Positions 21,216 through 34,030 are shown, counted from the stretch's first letter. The stretch is 39,915 nucleotides of DNA from Dimorphilus gyrociliatus (GCA_904063045.1 CAJFCJ010000110.1:1-39915); one strand, 5' to 3'. Numbers and translations: made by a program. The notes: generated by a model from the letters alone, not told the origin.

Positions 21216-21939
21216 TTTTGTAAGCATTACAATTAATGATAAGTACTTTCAAGTCAAGCTTGATTGATATTAAGTAATTATTAACTATTTTCCAATTATA
21301 TAATTCTGAGCATAATTGAAGAGGATACAAAGTGAAAAAAATTTTAAATTCATATTTGATACTCTGAAACATTTTTTTTCTTATCACCAAATAAGCCAAA
21401 AATCCTAGACTAACAGTAAACGCATCTTTATTGAGGAACCCTTACCAGTCTAGCCTTCTTGATGAATGCATTGATTGAAAATCTTGCAATGTGCTCCAAC
21501 AAGAGCATTTTTCATCCTTGTTAGTCTTCTAGGAAGAGAGCTGCCATTTAAATTTTATGATTTATTTTCAATAATTTTAAATTGATTTTCTATAATCATA
21601 AGTTAATAAACTGTTAGAGGCTTTTATCATGAACCTCTATGATACTAGAGATAACAGAGATAATTAAGATGACTGCTACTCATACTTAGCTAACTATTAA
21701 ATCAAGAAAGACTTGTTATTTCCTGACACCTTTTGCAAAATGTATTTAGGGGTTATTGTAAATAATTGGTTTGTAATTAATTAGCTATAACAGTTAAGAA
21801 GAAGAAAAAAAATCTTAGAAGATGGGTCATGAGTTGTTTAGGTTTAAAGTAAAACCACAGAACTGTTAGCATTTCCAACAACATCAGAAAAATAATAATT
21901 TGAAATTACATTCATTTTAAATTGGCTGTAAATCTTTTG

Positions 21940-23658
21940 TTATAGCTAAATTTATGAACAAAATGCTGACTTGTTTGGCATGCACAAGGATTGCTGAAAG
22001 GACATGGTAAACAGTTCCTTAGGGGTTTTATCTTCAAGGCCAGGCAATTCAAATTTCTCTTTTGTTAGATTATTGCCTAAATCTTCTTGTATTTGTTTTT
22101 CAAGTTTTGTGTCTGTTATTAATTCTCCATATTTGTCATACTTCTAAAGATAAACAAAATAATATTTCCTATAAAATATTGGTGTAGAAACAAAGATTTA
22201 CCTTATTATCATCTTCAAAACCTTGACTTAATTCATGTCCAAGAACATGACCAATTGCACCATAACTGATTGATCTAGGAGTTTCTTTTGGGTAAAAAAA
22301 TGGTGGTGATAGTATACCTGCTGGTACAACTATTTCATTTTTAGAGAGCACTATTAAAACTTTAATAGCTTTTGCATTCCATCTATTTTGAAAGTATTCA
22401 TTTGCCTTGGTTTCCCAATTTCTGTAAATTTGAAAAAGTGAATTTCCCTCATTTAAAAAATATGGATGTTTCAACAAGTTCAGATCCAACATCTTCCTCT
22501 AAGAATTTAAAATGTTTAAATAAACCATAATCACTTTTAATTAGCACAACTTACTATTATCAATTAAACAGTTAAGCCATCTTTCCCCATAGCTTTTCCT
22601 CCCAAATACTTTACTGTCAAATTCCTCTTTGGCTTGTCTAAATGGTTTGGAAAGGGAAGAAATAGAGTCTTGAATGACATGCCATATTAAAAAATTGTGT
22701 AAAGTTTTATTTCCTTCTTTACTTTGTTGAGTTTCATTAAGAAATTTACTTAGTTTATGGAAATATTGACTATTGGATGATATAACAACAGACTCATCCC
22801 CACTAATCACTTTACTAATATTATGAAATTTGTATTGATTTTCAACCAACTTAAGCCAATCCATCTAAAGTGAACAATAAAAAAACAACTAAAACAGAAA
22901 AGTGGAACAAAAAAACTTCTTACAAATGGGAATTTTTCTTGTAATCCTTTAAATGTGGACATCTGATGGAATTTGATATCATTTTTCTCCCCTTTCTCAT
23001 TGTTGCTCAACTATTATTGAATAATTAAAAAAAAATGACATCTTTAAGGGAAATAGAGACTTACATTTGCTATTTTTTGTTGGAAAGTTATAATATCAAT
23101 GGCCAATTTTTGAGAAGAATTCTTCTCTCCTCCTAGTAGTTCACTTATGTTTGTAATATAGTTTTTAAAAGCTTTTAGTTCTGTGTTGTTACTTATATTC
23201 AACAACAGTGCTCCATTTATTAACTGATCCCTATTTAATGCCAAATCTCCTTCCTCCAATTGGTAGAAATACCTGGATGAATTTTTCTTATCATTAGTAG
23301 CTATTAATGAAAAGAGAGGTGCAATATTGTGTACTGACAGCTTCCCTACTGTATCCTGAAAGTTATATTTTGAAGTGGTAGACTTTTTATCAGAACCCCA
23401 ACCACCTAAGCTTTTAATTAGACCAAGCAGAGGCTTTGCTCCTAATTGTTCAATTGTCTGAGATTTTTCTAAGCAGGACTGATAATGAATTCTAAAGTTC
23501 TCTAATCCAATATTTTCAAAATTAGCATTTGTTTGTTTTTCCAAAATATGCTTATATAATGGTTTACTTGCAGTTGTTAAACCATACAATAATCTCTCTT
23601 TTTTCCAAAAAGCTGACTCTTCAAGGATTTTGCAACAAGTATTGTTTATGCTATTCAT
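21940..23658 (-). pseudogene. Neprilysin/ECE (M13) family gene, catalytically degenerate; exons ~23658-23065, 23010-22924, 22864-22555, 22498-22202, 22143-~21960
   Basis: M13 motifs LGAKPL...LGGW, DWL, RW.NC, NEIVVPAGILSPPFF, SYGAIGHVLGHE and ELPGL...LF.MSF. HExxH has become HELSQ, no ENIADNGG motif is seen, and a frameshift is needed in the 22498 exon. Confidence 0.8.
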
Positions 23659-23772
23659 TTAAAGTAAGGGTGATATCTTTAATTCTAAACTCTACTATTT
23701 AATAATTTCTACAGGCTAGCTGACAACCATCTCCAATAGGGTATGCGACAGAAAATATCCACAAAATAATGC

Positions 23773-23850
23773 TTTTACCCTAACTCTAATCCAACCCTTG
23801 TCTTTCCCTTACCTTGTTCACTACCCCTAAACCTTAGATGGGAGCCTCCC
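23773..23850 (+). repeat. Dispersed CCCTAA-motif repeat (family D)
   Basis: ttttaccctaactctaatcc...ccttagatgggagcc aligns to 38957-39025. Confidence 0.6.
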
Positions 23851-24394
23851 ATTTTGAGCAGGGTCTTCAAAAAGCATTGAATATTTTTGTTAATTCAAAT
23901 TCAATTGAACTTGCCATGTTTTAATTTATCATTAATAGCTTTTAAATTCAATAAATTTCTATTTTCTTTATAACATTTATTAGTTTTAGACTTGACATAT
24001 TTGTTCATACTAAACAATGAATTGATTATTGTTCTCTATTTCAACTACAAGAAAGTTAATAATTTCCAAACATTAAAAAACCAATTTAAATGTGCTGTTG
24101 TATTTGAAAGGATTAGAAAATAGAGCTTTGAATGATTCATTGAGCAGTTGAGACTGGTTGAAAATCTAAGACAAGACTAAAGTTAGGTGAAAGGTAAAAG
24201 CCAAATTAGTGGGCAATTCCTACTACATCCTGATAAGTTTTAAATTTATATCAATAATTGCTTTGGTGAAGAATATATATTCATAATAAAATATGAAAGC
24301 TATTGTTAGACTTTTAAAAGAACTCTAGAGCACCTAGTATGCATATTATGAATAACTGCTAATTTTTATGATTGTAGTTCAATGCGTCTTTTAT

Positions 24395-24490
24395 TGAAGA
24401 GACAAGGTGAAGGTGGATGTTTAGTCAGAAGAAGAAGGTGAAAGGCAGAAAAAATAGGGTTAGGTTTTGTTAGGATTAGGTTGAGGTTCA
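24395..24490 (-). repeat. CCTAA-rich dispersed repeat, related to 33950-34030
   Basis: The reverse complement (tgaacctcaacctaatcctaac...ttcttctgact...ccaccttcacc) resembles 33960-34030. Confidence 0.45.
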
Positions 24491-25382
24491 TAGACAACAC
24501 TGTCATATATGCTATTGCTGATTGAAGCTAAGAGTTGGAGCTGGTAGAGCTTGATGGAGCTGAGCCACTTAAATATTCTAATGGTAAATTTAGGTGTTGC
24601 TCAGTCTATTTGTTTAACAGAGCCTGTGTCTATTTTAGGTAGGGTTATCTCAGGGTTGGGTAGTCAATTGCACAACAAAAGAATCTTTTTTAAAGTTAAA
24701 CCATATTTAATAAAAATAAAAATAAATGACATTTCGCCTATAACTTAAGCTTCTTCAGGTTTTAATGCAATTTGAACACTTAGATATGTTTATATACCTT
24801 TTATCAAAAGTATAAAAATATACTAGGTGGCCGCTCTTGCACTGGCGCCATCTATTAGCTGATTTGTTGTAGATTTTCTACTTTAGGTTTCTTGCTTGGA
24901 TTAACATCATCTAATTCATCGTCATTCTTTCTTTTATAAATCTGCTTTCCGTGTAAGCTCTTTTCACTGATGTCTGCATCCGGGACACTAGTAAAGAATT
25001 TTTCTACATCTGAAGTTTCATCTTCCACACATTTGGTTCCTTAGGAAGTGGGAAGAACTTTATAAGTCCCCTACCAGTTACTGTAAGAGCCTTCGTCCCA
25101 TCCCACTCTACCAGCGTCTTATTTCTAGGTTCTTTTTGTTTTAACTCTTCTACCATTTTTTGGTATTTTAATTGGATTGTTTTCTGTCGGTTCATGGACA
25201 TGTTCTATTGATTCCGCGAAACATATACAGCTCTTGGTAGGGGTACTCGGTAATTTTCAGTTAGTTCCAAAGTCATACTTTTAAGACTTATGACTGTTGG
25301 TCTACACATTCTTTTACGTATACTGCTTATACTCTGTGTTGAGTACTAGTTGAAATCTGTTGGGAGTTGGTCACTTAATTGA

Positions 25383-25855
25383 TTTTAAGGCTTCATATGT
25401 GCACTTTATGTGAAAAATTTATAGAGCCAACTGGTCTGGAATTTCAAAGTTGAGCTCATTTGGTTTCTAACTTGTTTTAAGGCTTCATGTGCTCCTCTGT
25501 GTGGAAAATTGATGGAGGCTATTTGGCTTTAATTTTAAAGATGGGCTCCCTGGGCTCCTACTTGCTTTTCAGTCTCCATGAGATTACTTTGCATAAAAAA
25601 TTAGTAGAGCCCACTGGGCTCCAGTTTTACACTTTGGCTCCTTGAGTTCCTACTTTTTTTCCGTCTCCTTAAACTCTTATTTGTTTTTAAGGCCCTATAT
25701 AATTTTTGGTGGGGAAACTTGATGGAGTCCACTTGGCTCCAATGTTGGCTTCCTGGGATCCTAGTTATTTTGCACTCTCTAAGCGCTCGTTTTGTATAGA
25801 AAATGGATGGAGCACATTGGGCTTCAATTCTAAACTTGACCATCTTGAGCCTAGT
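25383..25855. repeat. Degenerate tandem array of about 5 units of ~91 bp with GAGC..GGCTC palindromes
   Basis: The anchor AAAA.TT.ATGGAG recurs at about 25413, 25504, 25595, 25714 and 25800. TTTTAAGGC recurs at 25383, 25475 and 25685. Confidence 0.7.
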
Positions 25856-25938
25856 TTTATATTTTTTATGGTGTTTCTCATCATTGTATAAGTATTAATA
25901 TGATCAATAGAATTACCACCAAAAAGTTTCAGTTACCT

Positions 25939-26571
25939 TGTACAACTTTGGTTGTATTTTACATGCTTGAACTCTATTATTTTATGCAACTTATACATGT
26001 ACATCTTAAAACCTACGCAAGAAAATGCTATAACATTGGCCAAACATAAGTCTGATTAGTCAGCTTGAAGGCTCATCTTTAATTACCAATAAAGGTTTGG
26101 CCAAGTTATAATTTAATTAACTTGCCTAGGGTGTGGCCAAGTTATAATTCAATTAACCTTCCTAAATGTTCAACCTTGTAACATCCTGTTACTAAAGATA
26201 AATATGAACTACACATTTTGGCAACTGTAAAGTGATGATTGGATGTCAGAGGCAAACCTCAAAGTATATAAATCCTCACTATTCTCATTTGACATGCAGC
26301 TTCCATCTGGATCCAAGGACCTGGGAAAATCATCTGGAAACAACCTGCACTGGAACCATCCATCTACTCCTCAACATTGGAAGACAGTTTGGTAATTTGG
26401 CAACCTGCTTTTACGAACTATCTACTCTGCTATTGAACTCATATTGTTACTTGCTTAAGTATTATTATTGCGAATAAACCGTTTTAATTTAAACATTTGT
26501 TTAAAGGTTTGAGTAGAACCAGTATTGTTATAACTTGCAAACGCATAGATTTTGCCAGCAAGAGCAGTACA
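25939..26571 (+). mobile_element. Solo LTR, family A, TSD ACCT
   Basis: Full 633-bp copy, with ACCT at 25935-25938 and 26572-26575. Confidence 0.97.
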
Positions 26572-27664
26572 ACCTTAATAAGATAGAAATTGTTTTATGC
26601 CTGTAGAGTAGTTATACGCCATTATCTAGGCAATTTCTTTATTTTAAACAAAGAAACCTTTAAGATTTAATCTTCTCAACTGCAGTACTCTTTTGTCTTA
26701 CATCCTTTAAATTGTTTAAACAGCTCCTTATGTTGATTATAGAGTTAAAGTAGGAATGTATCCTTAGCAAATGTTCCAATTGTTGACCTTCCAAAGCAAT
26801 TCATTGTCTATTGATTATGTTATACCTTACCTGGCATAAATGATTTGGTTATATTTTGTGTATGCAGTGTGAGAATACCTGCCCTTTCAACTCAAATTGC
26901 ATTTGATATCATTACAAAAAGGATTGCTCAAGATTAGATTACGATTAGCATAATCATCTTTAGATTACACATAGAGTAATCATTACAGATAACAAATAAC
27001 AGCTTACAAAGTTTGTTGACTTTTATTGATGATAAAAGAAATCTAATTGAATTAAAAATGAAATTAATTCATTGTTTTTCTAATAGGAAAACTTTGCTTC
27101 AAAACATCAGTAAATCTGAAATGGAATGACACCACTGGTTACAGACAATTAGAGTTTATCATAAACAATTATTATAGATTAATGAAACTCTTAGTCACTT
27201 TCCCAAAAACCATTGACAATTATTTGTTGCGTATTTCCAATGTTCAATCATTCATTTCCCAGGGTTTCTCTTGCTACTAAATTACTCAATCAATCAGCAC
27301 ACCTTCTCTTACCTAAGCATTGAATCATCTTTGGCATCCCAAAAATTTCTTGAACCATCAAAATTTTGTATTCAGCTGACTGAAGCAAAAGATAAAAATT
27401 GCATTTCATTTCAAAATTTTGCCAAGCCCTTATAAAAACCATTTTATCCTTTCTATAAAAAAAAACAGAAAACGAAATAGATTTCAAAAAAGCCATAACA
27501 GATAAGGCTGTTGTACAAATTATTATATTTTTATCAGATTTCTTATCATTAACTAATCCTGCCAATTAAAAAAAAAACACTAGACATATGTATATATATA
27601 TATACAAGACGAACATTACTACAGAAGTTTCAAGACATTTGAACTGAACAGACAACAAATAAAT

Positions 27665-29652
27665 ATGAAATTTCTACTTTTTACTTTGGGTAAATAACTT
27701 TCTTTTTTTGTTTTTCCATTTTTTTTCTCTTTTGAAATTTTTAGAGAAAATTTTTAAAATTCAATTTTTGTTTTTCAGCTATTTGCATTTTTAAATGTGT
27801 AAATTCAAATTTTGTCTGTCCAATTGACTCGGATCAGAAACCAATTGATGGAGCTTACAGAGATCCAAACATCTGTGGAGTCTATTACCACTGCGTTGAT
27901 GGTATGGCCTTTCCCCAACAATGTCCACCCGGACTTCATTTTCAACTTTCCGCTACACCTTGCCATTTCTTTGCTTGCGTCCAAGCCAGCCAATCGGATT
28001 GCTCATTGACAAAAAGTCCACTCAACAAAAAAGAAGACATTACAACTGGAATGAAGGATTCCTCCCTTTTAAAATCACTCATTCAAATGAAAGTACTACA
28101 AACAAGAGCCGATGAATGTCAACCAAATTTGAATAGTACTGTTGCAAGTTCCACAGACCCTTCCCTTTATTTCAATTGCGTAAATGGTGTCGCTTGGCCA
28201 CAACAATGTCCTCCTCAATTTAAATTTAACCCAAATTTTAACTTTGACAAATGTTTGGGTGAAATTTGCAGAAAATCTTCTGGTGGATCTCCACCAGTAG
28301 ATGGAAATTGGAGTGAGTGGTCTGCATGGAGCGCCTGCGAACCATCCTGCGGAGATGGATTAAGAATGAGAAGTAGATTGTGCAATAATCCTCCACCATC
28401 AAATGGAGGTAATGACTGCCAAGGTCAACCATCGGAAAGTGAACCATGTACAAATGGACCCTGTTCTCAAGGTGGTGCTGCCTTTATGGTCTCTCTAACC
28501 GAAACAACCAATGGAAATGCCGGAATTATGAACTGGACATCAGTGAATTTAAATTCAGATGATATGTTTAATCAAGAAACAAATGATGTGACAATTAAAA
28601 CTGCTGGCCTGTATTTTTTTTCAATGGTTGCAACTACAACCAGTGGAAATGTAATAAATATGGCAACTGAAAGGACTGGATTAAGTATTGGAATAAGCAG
28701 AGCAGCATACGAAAATGCCGATGGTCCAGAAACCATGTCAAGATCAGGACTATTTGTTCTAACTCCTGTCTTTAAACCTCAAATGAAGTTAAAGACCCCA
28801 ACAAGTCTTTACAGTACAGCTGATGGAAGAGAAACTTCCTGGTTGGGTTTCAATTATAAATCAGATAGTTATCTGTTTTGCGGAAGTAATAAACGTCTTC
28901 CTACTGGATTCGTAAAGTGGCCTATAGTTTCAGCGATGAAAGGTTTTAGAGAAAACAGCATCTTGTCTCAATTTAGAGTTGAATTGGCTGGTCTATACTT
29001 TATAAATGCCGGAATGCTGTATGGTTTTACTCATAGTGATTACTACAGAATTGGTAAGCTTGCTGTTCAAGTACTTCGCAACAATGAATTATTTGCAACT
29101 CCTTTGGAATTTTCTGCATCAATTCAAAATCGTCTGGGAACCGAACAATTCACCAGATCAAATTTAGTTTCCCTGCAACAGGGTGATGTGTTAACTGCCA
29201 AAGTAACATTGCCTATTCTTGGAGCTTCTGGACCATTAGCAGGAGTTAATACTGAAACTTATATGGGGGCTTTCAAAATGAATGAGGCATTGGCATATTT
29301 CCAAGCAACAAGAACAGACAGCACTTGCAATGAATTTCGACGTGTCAATTTGAAAGATATCAACGATTCAACTGCATCGTGGAATGCAACAAGAAATGAG
29401 TTTGTGGTGAAAAATGAGGGAATCTACTTTATAGAGTTCACTTTTGAAAAGTACCACAATTCAAAATTAGACTTGAGAATGTTCTTGAACAATGAAAGAG
29501 TTGCAGTATCAATGAAGCATAGTATATTAGGTAGGAACACCTTATTCTCAAGAACTCTTCTGCTAAGTTTAAAGGAGAATGATAAAATTCATTGGGAGAA
29601 TTATGGCTGTATTAGTGAACAGGCCTTTGTTACAATAATACAGACTTCTTAA
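27665..29652 (+). CDS. Secreted CBM14(x2)-TSP1-C1q/TNF-like(x3) protein, paralog 2; exons 27665-27689, 27779-29652
   Basis: Signal exon MKFLLFTL plus a phase-1 intron, then [28 protein letters not shown]..., colinear with paralog 1. TSP1 [15 protein letters not shown], then three C1q-like domains. Confidence 0.88.
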
Positions 29653-30309
29653 AGTTAAAAAGTTTCCATTCCTAATAAGTTTGTCATTTTAATATCAATA
29701 AACTAAGATTAGAAAATGAGATAACTTAACATTGAAAAAAAACACACACAAACACACACAAATCTATACGTAAAATATGAAACACAAGAAAACCTGTCCC
29801 AAGGGTTACAGCTAAAAGTAAATATGCGGACATCAGGTCAAATTATATCATATATTGAGCGCAATTGTTGATTTTAATCCAAAAGGGACTGATATAGATT
29901 ACATTGATACGGTTTGTATAAAAATTTATTTAGGCTAATCAATGGATTAATCATTTTTTTTTTTAAAAAGAAAATGCAAGGTCATCAAAATTGTTTGACT
30001 TTAACTGACAAGAGGGTTTACATCTGAACCTTATGAAATGAATGGTTGATAGTTCAGTTCTGTAGCCATTAGCTAAAAAGGAAAAAGTTTTCTTTTAAAC
30101 ATACAACTCTGCACAGAAGAGCTTCTTAAATATATAGGCCTAGATATTTTTAGTCTTCGTAGGCTAGATTTTACGACTGTGACATAAATTTCATTCCAAT
30201 AAATTGCGATGTCTCTGACCTATTTTCGCTCTAGTAACAGTCAGGCAGCCAATACTCGTTATATTTTTTGCATAGTAACTGAAGGGAAAATGTTGTAAAT
30301 ATGCTGAAT

Positions 30310-30383
30310 TTTGGTAGATCTAGCTGTCCAGGGGACATTCTCTCCAGGGGACGTTTTGTCTGGGGACGTTCTGTCTGGGTCCC
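30310..30383 (-). mobile_element. DNA-transposon end with tandem GGGGACGTT(T/C)TGTC subterminal repeats
   Basis: Three to four imperfect repeats end at GGGTCCCG, in the same style as the MULE end at 21140-21215. Confidence 0.5.
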
Positions 30384-30842
30384 GAACTCTATTATTTGAT
30401 GCAACTTATACATGTACATCTTAAAACCTATGCAAGAAAATGCTATAATATTGTCCAAACATAAGTCTGATTAGTCAGCTTCAAGGATTATCTTTAGTTA
30501 CCAATAAAGGTTTTATTAACTTGCCTAGGGTGTGGCCAAGTTATAATTCAATTAACCTTCCTAAATGTTGAACCTTGTAACATCCTGTTACTAAAGATAA
30601 ATATGAACTACACATTTCGGCAACTGTAAAGTGATGATTGGATGTCAGAGGCAAACCTCAAAGTATATAAATCCTCACTATTCTCATTCTGCATGCAGCT
30701 TCCATCTGGATCCAAGGACCTGGGAAGATAACCTGGAAACAACCTGCACTGGAACCATCCATCTACTCCTCAACATTGGAAGACAGTTTGGTAATTTGGC
30801 AACCTGCTATTACAAACTATCTACTCTGCTATTGAACTCTCA
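30384..30842 (+). mobile_element. Truncated family A LTR
   Basis: Aligns to the LTR interior, lacks both termini, and has a short deletion in the TGGCCAAG repeat region. Confidence 0.95.
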
Positions 30843-30850
30843 AATAAAAA

Positions 30851-31345
30851 AACATATGAGTACCTGATACTCCTGGGAACTCTTGCAGTGTGGCACCCTG
30901 CATGATCTTGTTGGAAGATGTAATCTCTCCCAATTTTTTTGGAGATTTCTTTTAAAAATTATCTTATTATAATTGCATCTTTGGTTATTCAAAAAAATGG
31001 TGGTCATTAATGAAGGAATTTGGCATTTGGTTGTTGAAAAACACCAAGAAGGGCTATCATTAAATACTGATTTTCTTGTAGTTTCTTCCATCAAAACATG
31101 TTAGTAGAGTTTTTTCCTGCTCTTTATTAAAACCTAATCAATCAATTAAAAAGTAATAACCCATTTGGAAAATCTTTTTATGTTTTACCAATATTTTTTC
31201 CTGATGACTTCAGGACCTGTACAAATGACACTGAAAATGAGTTCAGCTTGATGAATAATATGATCAGGGGTGGTGTTTTTTTGTTCAAGATCATGCAGGG
31301 TGCCACACTGCAAGAGTTCCCAGGAGTACCAGGTACTCATATGTT
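30851..31345. mobile_element. MITE-like element with 60-bp terminal inverted repeats
   Basis: 30851-30910 vs 31286-31345 show 59/60 complementarity. A possible TA TSD sits within the AACA-TA-TGTT palindrome, and the interior is non-coding. Confidence 0.8.
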
Positions 31346-31576
31346 ATATTCTGAGGTTAGTTACTGCATAGAATTATTTTGGAACTAGTTACATGATACT
31401 TTTTTAAGAGATCTAGCAGTGAATGAACTTTTTCTGTAGAAATTGTCCAAAATTGAGACCACAGAAATGTTCATTTGCATTTATAGATATCTATATATAT
31501 ATACTAACAAATTTGATATCTTCTTCAAAGCCACTACTGAAGTTGTCAAAGTAGTAAAAATGGAAATTTTTAAGAT

Positions 31577-32310
31577 GAGGAGTTTAGTTCTGTTTTGTTG
31601 GAGTAAGTACTTTAAACATGAGAAAAACAAACAAACTTTGTGGATAAATGTTTGTCGAATCTCTAACAAAAATGAAAGAATAAATTGGCTCTTTAAAATT
31701 CACTTATTTTTAACAATTCAGATATTGGAAATATTGCTGCTCTCTTTACATCTGTATCAACTGTTTTGGGTACTCCTCCTTTCCAAGAAGGTACACTAGT
31801 AGAAATTATAATAAGAGCTGATATAGCTGGAACAACTTGCGAGTAAGAATATATTATTTCAGATTTTCATTCTGTTCAATATAATTAATTTATCTTTTCA
31901 AAGATTAGCATCAAGTAATGCTGATTATGCTTTTGTTGGAGTCACATCTTTAACAATTTCTGGGGGTTCAATTGTAACAGCCAGTGTAACATTGATAATT
32001 GATAATGAAACCTTTAATCTTTTGTATTTCATTCAAAGCACAGAGATATTAAAGTCAATTTAAACAATGATTTATTTTATGTTTCCTTTCAAAGAAATGA
32101 AAAAAACTTTATAGAGAATAGTTTTGTAAAAAATCAAAAAGAAGGTTGACTGGTGAATATCTAGATGTGTATATTGCCAATTTAAATTCTTATAAGTGGT
32201 CCAGTGGACTTCTTGGAGGAGCAGCTAACCAAAAGTATGAGTTTTTTGAAGCAGTTCAAGAAAGATCTTTGTCAATAATTAAAATAAATGGCAAGATTTA
32301 TCCAAGTGAG
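31577..32310 (+). other. Possible multi-exon gene of unknown function
   Basis: MRSLVLFCW|GTAAGT, with phase-compatible exons at 31722-31842 (IGNIAALFTSVSTVLGTPPFQEG...) and 31904 onward (LASSNADYAFVGVTSL...), and another ORF at about 32146-32310. No recognisable domain. Confidence 0.3.
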
Positions 32311-33949
32311 GTAATTGCAAGAGATCATATCAAATGTAATCTAATGAATATCAATGATTTCTTTTTCCTAAAACACTTGATCAATTTCTATCAAATATCT
32401 AATAGATCATGACTTTGATGAATCATCACAATTGTCATCATCTTTTTTTCTATTGGAATTTTATTGTGATAGATTGCAGAATGTTTGGAGATGAACAAAT
32501 AGATGATAACACAGCTTCATTGCAGTTTGCCACAATATTTCTGTTTTATTTCATTTATCCAAATAAAAGTCAATGTAATGACAAATAAACATTTTGTTGA
32601 GTATTGTTATAAAAAAGATATCAAATTTTTTAGTATGTAGATATCTATGCAGTATAGGTAAAAAGTCCCCAGCCATATTGTAAAATTTTTAGTTTATAAT
32701 GTAAATTTTTAACTTTGTCTTTTTTCAAGGTATAATAACTAAAACTGGATTTTATAAAAGAAAAACAATTCTTTGAAAATTTTTTGTAAAGGATATTATT
32801 TTCTACATATTAATAATTATTGTTACCAATTCAAAGTAGTTATTCACTAAAGCTTATTATCTAACAGATATTGAAAAAAAAACATTCAATTGTCAGACTA
32901 GACAATATGCTGTTGGTATAATGTGTTGAAGAAATAGTGAAAAGCAAACTTGATTTTTTTTCACTAATATAGAAAAGTAATGGTTAGGTTAAAGCTTTCC
33001 AATAATTTGATATCTTGTTTATCCTAATCTTTTAAAAATTAAATTAATGATATTGAATGGAAAGAAAATCTGACATAATATATTCTTACTCTTAAAGATA
33101 TCAATATTTTTTATTACAGAGTAACTAACCTCAGAATATAACATATGAGTAACAGACATCAAAAACAGAAAGTGGACAAGACTTCCTTTAAAATATTATT
33201 TTTTTTCAAACCACTGTTTTTTTGGCTTGGAAATGGGTGGTGTGAAAGGAGTTTTTCAGTTTGGTGATGATGAATTTATACATTATGCACAAACTCATTT
33301 CAAATTTTACTATTAAAACTTGTGTGAGATCTGGCACTGTCATGCTTCAACATTATCGCTTTTTCAAGTCAAATTTAATGTAATTTCTTTTTTTAACTTT
33401 TTCAGACATCTAATATTAGTAAACTACTCTTAACATTTTGGCATACTAACTTAAATTTCAATTTTCCTCATGCCAACATTTATGAAAATTACAATAACTG
33501 CATTCATTGCCAAAGGTTGTACCTTTTATTGTGAAATGAAGCAAAGATATAAATTTAAAAGTGTAAAAAGGAGTGAAGATTGGATAATTTAAAGTGAAAA
33601 TGGACATATTGCCCATGATATTTTCCCATATTCTCCGATTACTGTAAGATATCTGTTCAAAATGGTTAGAAATATATCCAGCATTTGCTTAAATTAACAA
33701 TGAACACAGTTTCACATATGCTGGACAAAAAAAACCCTGGATAAAAACATTCTCTGGACCAATAGATACCTGGACCAAATGTTGTTAGACAAGATTTTCC
33801 TTGAACATACTGTAACACAGTTAAACATTTTTTTAGAATGAATTTTTTTTTAAATGTTGAAAATGTGAAAAAAGTAAGTTTAGTTGTATATTATAATATA
33901 CCTGTGTTGTTTTATTATTAATGTTTTTAGAGTCTGGGAGAAAATGACC

Positions 33950-34030
33950 CAGTTTTTAGTGTTGAACCCTAACCCTAACCCTCAAGTTATCAAGCATCTT
34001 TCCACTTTATTCTTCCTGACCTTCATCTAC
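33950..34030 (+). repeat. CCCTAA-motif dispersed repeat
   Basis: gaaccctaaccctaaccctc followed by a pyrimidine-rich tail, related to 24395-24490. Confidence 0.5.

Noticed and set aside
25383-25855. CRISPR-like array
   Set aside because: The context is eukaryotic, the units are degenerate along their whole length with no repeat/spacer alternation, and there are no cas genes.
27230-27565. Possible MFS or fibrinogen-like exon on the minus strand
   Set aside because: Only weak, short motif resemblance, with no consistent exon chain.
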